DNA of 63,926 nucleotides, the filler included, from Intoshia linei (Eukaryota; Animalia; Orthonectida), in NCBI GenBank assembly GCA_001642005.1. It is 5 parts of 5 records of this genome, joined end to end, with 100 filler letters (N's around TTAATTAATTAA, not from the genome) between each part and the next. Parts side by side here need not be neighbours in the genome. Positions count along the whole stretch, not along the records: positions 24,044 to 30,357 come from LWCA01001689.1; positions 30,458 to 52,332 come from LWCA01000616.1; 3 more parts are not named here. One strand, 5' to 3'. The position numbers and the translations under genes are program-made. Shown in pieces: positions 27,001 to 37,885 of the stretch (the first letter of the stretch is position 1; the number at the start of each line of letters is the position of its first letter). The notes under the pieces are model-generated. The model made no database searches and was not told the DNA's origin. It saw only the letters and a program-made list of their open reading frames with translations.

Positions 27001-30000
27001 TTCATTATCATCATAGTTTAAATTTTCACATGTTGAAATACGAGAAGAACAGATATTATCATGGATATATTTAACTAGCTTGACAGTTTGGTATTACGTA
27101 CAAACAGCACCTAGTTCTGCCAAGGGCACTCTTTTATTATACTAAAAAAATAAATTTACGTTGAAAATCTAACTTAAAAATTGTACTAGTTACTATTATC
27201 AATCATTTAAAAGAGTGGTTCCCAAATTTGTTTCGGGTGGCACCGTCATATCACATTACTTTTTAATATAAAGTGTATAATAATTCATTCCATCTTAATT
27301 TTGTTTTGTTAACATTTGCGTAAAGTATTTTAAAAACAATTATTATCCAATTTTTTTAATTTATTAGACAGAATGTATGTATAATATTAAAAATAAAAAG
27401 TAAAAACGGTCCAATCTTAAAAATTGTCATAAATACCATAAATTTCAGAAAAAAATAAAATTATAAAAACCTATTTTGTCATTTTCAATGTAATCATATA
27501 TATTCAGTACTAATTTAATAAATACTTAAAAATACCGATAAGGTATTAATAATTAATTGAATCTTCACTTTATAAATATTTAAGTCGAATTTTATATTAT
27601 TGCAAAAAATTGTAACATAAAATTTTACTTTTTTTTTTGGCATTTTAATCAATTAGTAAAACAATAACATGTTTTAAATTAAATTAAGTTAGTATAAAAC
27701 TTTTATAAATTTGTTGCCGTAGTTTAATTAAGATGTGTTTAAAATGTTTTGAAAATGAAAAATTAAAATTTAAAAATTGCGTAGCAATTAAAAAAATTTC
27801 GAAGGAATGAATTTTATAGATTTTTATTTATATGTCTTTATTGGAAATGTGTAGTCGTACAATCCACATTTTTTTTGAAATTCTAGGATTAATATTTACA
27901 TTTTTAAGTTTTGATTTAAATAAAAATATTTGCAAAATATTGATTGATAGTATATGATGTCTTTATCCTAGTTCTCAAAATTATTTTGATATCTGTTTCT
28001 TAGTTTTTCGCGAAAGATTTTATTAAGCCATTTTACAGTACTGATTTTCTGGTGTTTATAAGCTTTATTTTGAGTTAGTGTACATGAAACTCCAAAATGT
28101 TTGCATAGTAGTTTAGTGAAATTCGCTTTGAATTGTCTACCCTGGTCGGTCTGTATTGGTTTTGGCGGACTGAATTTTACGATAATATTTTTGTATATAG
28201 CTCTTGACCCCGATTCAGCGGTTATATCGTTTAATGGCACGAATTCTAACCAACCTGTATAATAATCCAGATGTTAATTATATACTGATATCCGTTAATT
28301 GAAATTGGAAATGGTCTTAATATATTGACTTGCCATCTGACTTGTAAATAAAATTTAATTAAAGCGTAACACACACACAAACGAAAATCGCGTAGAGTTT
28401 TATATTAAGTTGGCAACTAAGTTCTTGCCATTTTTTAATTATGCAATAGTTACTGGCGATGAAAAATGGATCCTGTATATATATGAAGCAGCGCAAGGAA
28501 TGGCTTCGTTTTAATAAAAAAGCGACATTACGTGTGAAACACGATCTTTATTCGCGTAAAACAATGTTATATGTATGGTGAGACTGGGAGGGGATTATTT
28601 ATTAATAATTGCTATAAAGAAATCAAATAATCAATGTGAAACTTTATGTTTAACAGATGGAATGACTAAAAACGACTATTCAGGAAAAGAGACCTAATTG
28701 ACAGCACCTTGTTCTTTTACTGCATGACAACGCCCGCCCTCATATTGCAAATATGACCAAAGAAGCTATTTAAAAACACGAGGAAGGTGCTGCTATACTC
28801 GCCATACTCGCTGGATTTGGAACCACCATTTTTGGCGCTGCTTTATATTGATATACAGGCACCATTTTTCATTGCCAGTAACTATTGCATAATTATAAAA
28901 CGGCAAGAACTTAGTTGCCAACCCAATATAAATTAGGATTATTGCTATAAATGTATGACTTTTTATTTATTTTTTTCAGTTTTTTAGGAATATAAAGGCG
29001 TAACGTTTTAAAAATATCACCTTCTAATACTATTGTTTTGTCGACTAAATTCTCAGATAATTAAATAAATAAAATTATCCGTTATAATACGATTTAATTA
29101 GTAAATTCAACTAAATATTACACTTTAGATATAAATTGTGAAACTTGGGATGACAATAATATATACTGTTCAACATGTAAGGATAATTCTGAATTAATAT
29201 TTAAACCAAACGGAGAGGCAAATTGCCCAGGTTAGTAGTAATTTGATATTTAAGTGTTTTACGCAGAGTTGTCTACGTATCATCAAAAATCCAACTTTCT
29301 TATTAATTTATCAGGAAAAAACTCAACTGTGCAACAACATACCAATTTTTTTTATTTTTGCTTTACACTGAATTTATTTGTCAAATGAATGCTACTTTTT
29401 TTAAATTCTTTACTTATAATCAGGGCGATTATTTTTTAATTAGGGCAAATTTTGATATCTTCATACGCATCAAATTACAATAAAAATTATAATAATTTTA
29501 CGTATATTAATTAGCTAATAAAAATTTGATTAAGTTAATAAAGTTAAACGCCTTAATAAAATTAAAATAATAATTTCAAAAGTTAAATTATATTTTCAAC
29601 AATTAATTTTGTTTTATACAATTTTGTTTTGTTGTGTACTTTTATTTTAGACATGATTGTAGTAAATAAACTTATTGATTTTTATATTATTCACTTAAAG
29701 CAATTTGTATTTATTCTTAACTTATTTCTATTCACAATATAGGTAATTTAGCAATACGTTTATATGATTAATGTTTTTTTAAGCATGACCAAATTTAATT
29801 TAAAACTATAACAACGATTACTAAAAGTAATACCACTTTGTTAGTATCATTTTAGTCATTAATCGTTTTTATTATTCATTTCTAATTTCCAGGATCGAAT
29901 AATCGCAAAATAATGAAGACGAAAATTTCATTTATTGTAAAACGGTTAATAAATAAAGCACTTGTTCTTGATATTAACAAGATAAGTTTTAGTTAATAAT

Positions 30001-30337
30001 TGAAATCAATGGTTTTAAAATTTTTTTGACAGTGAACCGTTTGTAAAATAGAAAAATTATTATAACTTCGTAGGATATGACGCATATCATTATTAGGCTA
30101 CAATTATAAAAATTATTGTTTTGATATTTATGAATTCATTATTAACAAACTATAAGATTCTTTATAAAAAATGTTTTAATAACCCACAAAGTTACATTTA
30201 TTATAAAAATTATGTAGGTAAATTACATATATTTTTTATTTTAGTTCAAAATTGTCAAAAATATAAAGATAATGATTTTCTTGGATGTGATAAATGTCAT
30301 AATGGATTTTTACTAAATGAACATAATGTATGTTCAG
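24087..30337 (+). CDS. Four phase-1/phase-1 exons of a cysteine-rich CxxC (furin-like/VSP-like) repeat protein: 24087-24188, 25638-25745, 29129-29230, 30245-30337; both ends lost in gaps
   Basis: CKNRIPKCKTCSKDGQTCIICEENYKLIKRFCY; PNCKKYSLHEHPITGDACIKCDLGFSKKNSGDACK; INCETWDDNNIYCSTCKDNSELIFKPNGEANCP; QNCQKYKDNDFLGCDKCHNGFLLNEHNVCS. Each is stop-free and bounded by TTTAG| and G|GT. Confidence 0.75.
25930..26299 (-). mobile_element. Retroviral-type (Ginger/Gypsy-like) integrase fragment
   Basis: FTDQGNQF...KLLCKHF...AYYHQKIGTVERLNRTFRKKLR...W matches the rve D..E region. Confidence 0.75.
27960..28345 (-). mobile_element. Retroviral-type integrase fragment (paralogue of 25930-26299)
   Basis: ..INILDYYTGWLEFVPLNDITAE...IIVKFSPPKPIQTDQGRQF. 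Nucleotide similarity to the 26.1-26.3 kb copy is visible. Confidence 0.8.
28405..28926 (+). mobile_element. Internally deleted mariner (MITE-like), mellifera-type TIR, TA target duplication
   Basis: TA|TTAAGTTGGCAACTAAG ... CTTAGTTGCCAACCCAA|TA. Internal IVTGDEKW, LLHDNARPHIA and a decayed YSPDLAP (YSPYSLDLEP). Confidence 0.9.
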
Positions 30338-30457
30338 GTAACAATTATTATATTTTANNNNNNNNNNNNNNNNNNNNNNNNNNNNNNNNNNNNNNNNNNN
30401 NTTAATTAATTAANNNNNNNNNNNNNNNNNNNNNNNNNNNNNNNNNNNNNNNNNNNN

Positions 30458-31514
30458 GTGTATATGTATTGAGAGAAATGATGCTGGTACTTTTTAAAGA
30501 TAATGGACAAAGTGAATTTAGTATATTAATCGAAAATCAACTTTGGTGTATTAAATTGGCTTATCTCTCTGATATTTTTGATCATTTCAATAGAGTAAAT
30601 GCAAGTATGCAAGAGAAAGAAGAAAATATATTAACTTTAGTTGATAGAATTCATTCCTTAAAAGAGAAGTTGGGGTCTGGAAAAGGCGTATATAATAAAA
30701 GTATATATATTATAATAGAAAGAAATTTTGCCATTGCTATAAAAATCAATGAATGTAATTTGAAATATAGTATCACTTCTTTAATTGTTAATCATTTAAC
30801 GGATCTACAAGGTAAATTGCACCATTATTTTCCCAATATTAATACAAAGGATTATGACTGGATGATAAACCCATTCATCTCAATACCAAAAAATGCTAGT
30901 CTTATTGAGGAAGAAGAATTTATAGATATTAAAAATGACAGAAGTTTATCAGCTATGTATAATAACGTACAGCTCAGCAGTTTTTGTATAAATGTCTCGA
31001 AAATATACCCTACTGTAACTAATGAAGCATTAAAAATACTTTTACAGATTTCAACCACATACATATGTGAAATTTCATTTTCTGCGATGTTACTAATTAA
31101 ATCTTACAAACCAAGAAGCTTTAAAATGTTGGATGACGAATTGCGAGGATCATTAACACAAATACCTCTTAATATTAAAAGAATATGTTCATCCAAACAA
31201 TCAAAAATCTCTCATTAATTTTGTAATTTATTAGATATAAACATTGATGTTATACATGTATTTGAAATGATCTTATTATTTTTGTATTTGTTCATTTTTA
31301 TTCACACTTTCAATTTATACATTTTTTTTAATAACATTACCTATAATTATTTTTAATCTATAGTGGAGCAATAATTTTATATCATTTATTTTGAGATTAT
31401 TATTAGAAAAAATTTCATTTCAACGTATCAATAGTATATTTTTAGATTGGTGTGTCGCAAAAACTTTTCAGATTGAAATGTGTGTCGCCAACAAAAATGG
31501 GTTGGAAAGCACTG
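30458..31514 (+). mobile_element. hAT (Buster/Charlie-type) transposase 3' part with right TIR
   Basis: W.IKLAYLSDIFDHFNRVNASMQ, YFP, WMINPF, ALKILLQISTTYICEISFSAM..IKS, terminal SKQSKISH. The end reads GTTGGAAAGCACTG. Confidence 0.88.
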
Positions 31515-34500
31515 CGCTATACTCTCAATACCGAAATATCGGTAATCTTACTGTATTTAGCTGAAAGTAACACGTTAAATTTGATTCGAATGTAATAACA
31601 ATCAATATAAATCAGAATATATTGCAATTTGTAATATTTTAAAAATGAAATAATTTATTAAAACCTATTTTTGGGGTACTTTACAATAAAAGGTACCCAA
31701 ACCAAGGTCTTACTGTACAAGTGCTACGGAAAACATTAAAAAATTAAAATTTTTGTAACAACTGTATATTGGATTGTTTGTTCAACAAAAATCTTTTTTT
31801 GGTTGATATTGCGTATTAAATAGTTAAAATGTGAGAAATCGAAACGATCGACTTCAATTTGGTATATTTATAATATATACATTGAATTTGTTAATGAGAC
31901 TATACAAACATACATTTATTACAATATTTACAACTAAAAAAACTTACAATTAGAAATGAATATAAAAATAAACATTTTTGACGCGATAAATATATTTTAT
32001 CAAAAATATGAAAATCTGTTACACTTAAACTTGAAAACACCAATAAACGTATTACAAATAATTATGTAGATACACTCACTAAATATTAGGAATTGGAACA
32101 CTTAGTAGATCTGACCTACAAAAGCTACAATCGTATAGATTCCAGTTACAGTGTATAAAAAAGTAATGCATTAATGCCAACAATTTTAGACATTATTTGA
32201 TATAGAAAATTTACTCGAAAATATAAATGAAAATTGCGAAAATATTTTAAATAAATAATTTAATTTAAATTTTATACACCATACAAAATATTTGCAAAAC
32301 AAACAGTGTTGTCATAAAACGAACACGAAACAATATCATCAGAATGGCTAGAGGTTTTGGTATTGTCAAAATCAAATCCATAAACTAAAGACGAATGGGA
32401 AAAATTTTCAGATAAATTTAAACTCGTTGTAATATTAAAATTATCTAAATAAAATGTAAAAATATATTTTTTTAAATACCATCCAAAGTAATAATGGTTG
32501 GTCCAGCGTTCAGGCAGGCTAAATAGAGTCTACTAAATTCTTTATTGTAACGCATTCTCCAAGTTGGGGTACTTATTTTTAAAACATTGAAAGGGTTTGA
32601 TAAATTCCTCATATCGTATATTAAAATATCATTGTCATAACTAAATTAAAATTAATATTCCAGATCAGAGTCAGATTGGGTATTTTCAATGTATTTCTTA
32701 TAGTCACGAATGCACTTTGTAAAAAGTCACCGCACAATTTTTATTATCAAATACTGCTTAGATTTGTAAAATTCAATGAAATTATGTCATTTATTTTGTT
32801 TATTCATAAAAAATAAATATTTAAGACCGTTAATTATTTCACATTTTTTGTTTTATAGTCCTCAACATACACAAGCGTTATAAAATTAGATTCTAAAATA
32901 ATAAATGAAACAATCCACAAATTTTTAGAGGTATAAATAATGCAGGAGATTACAGCACAAATACTAATTAAACCAATCAAACGCGTTTAAAATAAACAAA
33001 AGTTCAAACCAAAATTGTAGTGAAATGTAATGTGACTAAAATGTAAACCAAAACGTAAAAAAACGTCGAAGTTGTATTTGTGCTGTTATAACCATAGTAC
33101 TAAATTATATAATTCATAAGGAACTAGAAATTTCTAATTTAAAACGACAGTTTTAAAGAGTACTGTAATAGGTGACGGGGACTATTAATAAAATATTTCG
33201 GAAAAAAATATATGAATACTAAAATGCTTTTTTGACCGTGAAATCGTCACTTATTCGGATTAAAATTTTTTGTGTGTGTTAACAGGATACAACTGTACAA
33301 CCTGTAAATTTTTTTCAATTCTAGGACTGTTTATATAAAAAAGGATAATTTGGTGTTTTGGCCATGAAGATATCTTTTTTTTAAATTTAAATTTGATAAT
33401 ATTGATAATTTCAGAATTCGTATCAGAGTATATATTTTTTTAAATTCTCGAACTCGTTTGCTTTTCAAAAAATGGACAATTAAGTTTTTTGACCCGTAAG
33501 ATGGGAGTTTGGGAGGTTGAAATTTATTTCGCTAACACCCCTGGAAAAAACTGTAATTGACTGTGGACTTTATAAAATTTGATTAAAAGTCAACATTTGG
33601 GCAAGTTTCAAATTTCGACTCAGTGTATGAAATGGTTATCTAATACTAAATAATCAAATGGACATAATTTATAACCAGTATAAATACCCCGATATACTCT
33701 ATATGCAAATGAGCTAAACATACCTCCCCACTAAAAATTGTTCATCAGATAGAAATTCTAGACATAAACCGCCAGTTTTGGTCCTAATGTATAAATATAA
33801 TTTAAATAAAAATAACACTGTTCTTCACTCATTCTCGTTCCTCACTTATTCAGATCTGGTTTACAAAATTTATATATTATATTATATAGGAATTTATTAC
33901 TATCCGATAAACTGTTATTCAATCTCTATTGACATATGTCAAAATATTTTATTACTAGAGACATTCATAGAACATAATGATTAGGTTACGTAACATTTTA
34001 ATTAAGCTCTTAAAGAAGTTTGCATCATTGCAAATTCAATAATGGCATAATTGTGTTTATGATAAAGTTTGATAATTGTTGTGCTGTGCTTAATGACTTT
34101 AGACTCTAAAGTGTTTCTTAAACGGTGTGCCGCGAGATTTTCTAGGCGTGCCGAGGAGAAATTTCATTTAATAATATTAATTAGTGTCGTATACGATTAC
34201 GGAACATACTATACATTTTTCATGGAAATAATGTAAAAAGTTTAATATTAGTTAAATTATTAATAAATTTAGTGATGTTTAAAAAAGTGACGGGATCACA
34301 TCAAAATATTAGCTTTTACTATTTCATTATACATTTTGTATATAAGATGTTTTATGCAGGACCGTGGAGAGGGGGCTAAGGGGCCATATGGCTTATTAAT
34401 ATTATTTGAAAACTTTTGAATTTGTACTTATGACTGTTATTTGGCTTAAAATACTTAGAGATAGATTATGTTAATTTAATCCTAGAATGCACTGATTTAA

Positions 34501-34759
34501 CTTAAAATGTTAAAAAGGGTAACATCATTCATCTCAAGGTCTAATAAGGTCAAGAACTAATCTCATTTCATATCATGGTTTAATGATTTTCCGATCTTTA
34601 TAAAACTTGTCTTGTTTTTTTAAAAAAGGGCGTACAAATGCGTAATTATTATTATAATAAGATTTTGATTTTTGAACGTGAAAATCGTAATTTTTTTCAT
34701 TAAGTTACAATATTGTTTTGACGCGTTTTTAAATAGAATTAAAATCAGATTAATTTTTC

Positions 34760-36540
34760 GATATCTGATCATACATGTTTGTTCCTATAACAATTTCAGA
34801 AGGTGATACACCATTCTTTGAAGTGATGGTACTGCGTAGGCTCATAAGAATACACTGAAGTGATTATTCCCATAACGGATCATCAGATTCACATAAAATA
34901 CGTAATCGTTCATTTAGCTCGATTATAGCGTTTTACCATTCTATTTTGTTTGTGTTCATATGGTGCTAAAAATGATTGTTCGACATTATACATTTTACAC
35001 AACTTTTTAATTATCTCAGCCTGAAACTGTTTAGCATAATCCATATGTAACCTATTAGGCGGCCCATAACGATATAATATTTTCCAAAATAGCAGTGTAA
35101 ATTAGGGTATTTCACAATTTTCAAATTTCATAATTTTTGAGAACTTTAGCATAAAAAATGATTAAATTGATATAAAAATCACTATATTGCAAAAAAAAAA
35201 TATATAAAATCTTTGTTTGAAGTTGCCCCATAAAAGAGGTTTTCAATATCAAAATTCATAATAAAAAGTAAAATAAACTTAAATTCTGAAATTATTCTGA
35301 AAATGGACTTAAAACAAGATTTTTTTGTAAATTTTTATATAAATTACCAATTTCACAACAGACTACCTACTAACGAACATGTTATCAATAGGATATTGGC
35401 AATGAAGCACGACAAAATCATAAAACCTTATAGAGTCATTTCAAGAGAAATTGAAAAAATTGTAATTGCTTCAGGATTAAAATCCTTCAGAATAGATCGA
35501 ATGGAAGTAAAAATTAAATTTTTATGGTCTATGTATAAATCAGGAAACAAGCGAAAATCATCCAAAGCAGCCAATAATCTAAAAAATTTTTACCAAATTT
35601 GTTTAAATTTTATAAAAAGTGTCAAGCAGGAACCTTGGAGGAAGATTTAAAATTTCTTGAAGTTCAAGAACAGAATGGTACAGGATTTATTTCAAATATC
35701 CCTATTGAAGATAACATTCACCTAACAAATTCTTCAAACCCAAAAAAATAATATTAATGACGATAAACGTATTAAAAAGGTGAAACGGGAGTATAATGAA
35801 ATTAAGTACATGATGTGGCCTTCCTCAAGTGAAAATGAAATACATAATTCCAAAGAGGTCAAACCAAATCTATGGAATGAAAGCGATAGAAGAGGAGCTA
35901 GTGCTTTGTTCAATGTTTCGTATTCTATTGTCAAAAGAAACAGACTAAAAAGTCGCTTGTCCTTAGCTAACAATATAAATTTGAACATTGACGCTATCAA
36001 AGAATGTGTTGTTTATTATGATGGTAAATCATTTAGGACTGGATACGAGCGCATTGCTGTAGTGGTAATTGATATAGCCACTTGTAAAGAATATATATTA
36101 TCAATCCCTGAACAAAGTGGCGGAAAAGGTGTCACCATCCTTCATATTTAGCCTTTTTTCAAAATTTAATTTAATCAATAATTGGGTTCTGACACCGTAA
36201 TTATCTTAAATTATCATTAAAATGCCAAAGAGTGAGACACATAGCAACGGAGTATGTATATAAGACTTAATTTTAAAAATGTAACTTTATTTCAATTTAT
36301 ATTATGCAATTTTACATTAAAAATTTATTTACTTTGGGGCAACTTCAAACAGTTTTTATATAAAAATTTTTGTATTTCACTGATTTCTATTTCAATTTAA
36401 TCATTTTGTATACTAAAGTTCTTACCAAATCTAAAATTTTTAAAAATGTGAAACACCCTAGTGTAAATATTATGTGCTGTAATAAATTGCATAGGTTGGA
36501 CTTCAATCCAACCTGAATAATGGTCTACCATAACCTAGCA
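34760..36540 (-). mobile_element. Retroviral-type integrase remnant split by the hATm insertion
   Basis: Joining across the TSD gives VMVDHYSGWIEVQPMQFITAHNIY|TAILENII.RYGPPNRLHMDYAKQFQAEIIKKLCKMYNV...APYEHKQN...ERLRILC...MSLRST...GVSPSEIV.G. Confidence 0.8.
35103..36460 (+). mobile_element. Internally deleted hATm-like DNA transposon with ~130-bp TIRs and an 8-bp TSD
   Basis: GTGTAAAT|TAGGGTATTTCACAATTTT ... AAAATGTGAAACACCCTA|GTGTAAAT. The ORFs contain RLPTNEHVI and VYYDGK...ERIAVVV. Confidence 0.85.
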
Positions 36541-36640
36541 TTAATTTATTAATTATAGAAAATAAAAATGATCACAAATATGATGATAAACTAAAAGCAA
36601 ACCTTTTAACTTATTTATTGAACAACAGAGCAAGAAATCC

Positions 36641-37057
36641 ATTTGTCCTGAAAATTTGACGGGCAATGTAGATGATGGCACATTCTATTTTGAAGATAAT
36701 TATATGAATATGCGCATTACAAAAGGAGCCAGCTATAAACATATGCTATGGCAACATTATATGGAGATTGTAACTGCAAGGGATGGTTTGTACATGACGT
36801 TTTTCGAATTCGTGTAGCGCCTCATAGATACGTTGTTATTTATACGCCACAAAGCTGCACACCAAACTATGTTTTAGACAAATTCGACAACTATGCTTCT
36901 CGACGAGTAGTCGTGAGCACCAACAATGGTGCCAACCTAATGCGGACAATCTGCAACGGGTTGTGCAATCACTGTTGACACTATTACCTATTCAATTTTT
37001 CACTCATGTATAATACAACTGGAAGCGAAGAACATAGAACCTGACAGTGAGTACTGA
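36641..37057 (+). pseudogene. Endogenous nodavirus-like element: fragment of the protein A N-terminal capping (MTase-GTase) region, frameshifted
   Basis: ICPENLTGNVDDGTFYFEDNYMNMRITKGASYKHMLWQH / GDCNCKGWFVHDVFRIRVAPHRYVVIYTP...RRVVVSTNNG / AITVDTITYSIFHSCII. This is colinear with the recalled nodavirus pattern F.P..V.G...D..F.....N...M.V.GGA.YKH.LWDY...P.R.++...P. Confidence 0.7.
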
Positions 37058-37606
37058 AGCTAAGAAAAAATTAATTGTTAGTTATCATTTAAACAATGTA
37101 TGATAGTGTAGAAATCTTTTTCTACTTAATTATTTTTAAAATAAATCTGCAATACCGATATTGCGGGTTTATTAAATACTCCTGGTTACACGGTAATATT
37201 TCACGTAAATAAATTTATATCTCATTTAAATTTCGAAACCGTAGGGTGGAAGATAAAAGCCAAGATAAATTGAAAATCAGATAATGGGTTGACAATAATC
37301 CAAATCTTTAACTTAATCTTTAAAATGTCTCACATTACAAGAGTTAAACATTGATTGTAGCACTACACATTTTAATGCTTAAATTAAAATAAATGAAATC
37401 GATTTAGAAAAAGTTGATGTTTAATTTAAAATAATAGATATTAAAAAGCAATATTGTTTTCAATTTCTAAGTATGCAATCAAATTCAAAAAAACAGACAA
37501 AAATGGGAGTTAAAATAGATATATTGTTATAACGTTTTGTTTTATTATTCATATTTTATTTTATCTATTTTTATAGGATCCATTAGAAGCAAATCCATGC
37601 GAAGTG

Positions 37607-37885
37607 ATGCAAAAGTTAGTGTTAGCAGCAGCTGTCGATGGAGATTGAAACTGGTAGCTTCGGCAAATGGTGTTTCTATCAATACTGCTTATGATTGGAT
37701 AAGGAAATGAACCAGAAAAACAACGAGGAGACAATGAGGAAAAAAAGGTACAAAAAATGGATGGATGACAAATGTAGGGGTCAATCTTACGACAATGCTG
37801 CCAACATGTCTGGGCGTTATAAAGGGATGCAGCAAATAATCTTAGAAACAGACAAGGTTGCTATATATGTGCCCTGTGCAGCAGA
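37607..37885 (+). mobile_element. Abutting fragments of a Tc1-like N-terminal HTH and a hAT (Tip100/ZMYM1-type) transposase
   Basis: KLVASANGVSINTAYDWIRK..RG, followed by KCRGQSYDNAANMSGRYKGMQ..I......AIYVPCAA. Confidence 0.7.

Larger units (their letters stand above)
27075..28938 (-). mobile_element. Helitron-like copy carrying an integrase fragment and interrupted by a mariner MITE
   Basis: CTAG|T plus hairpin at 27075, and an A|TC start at 28938 with a (CA)n tract at ~28370. Confidence 0.65.

Noticed and set aside
32200-33100. Possible piggyBac-like remnant
   Set aside because: Only vague Cys/basic patches and no reconstructable motif. Excluded from the features and from the strand count.
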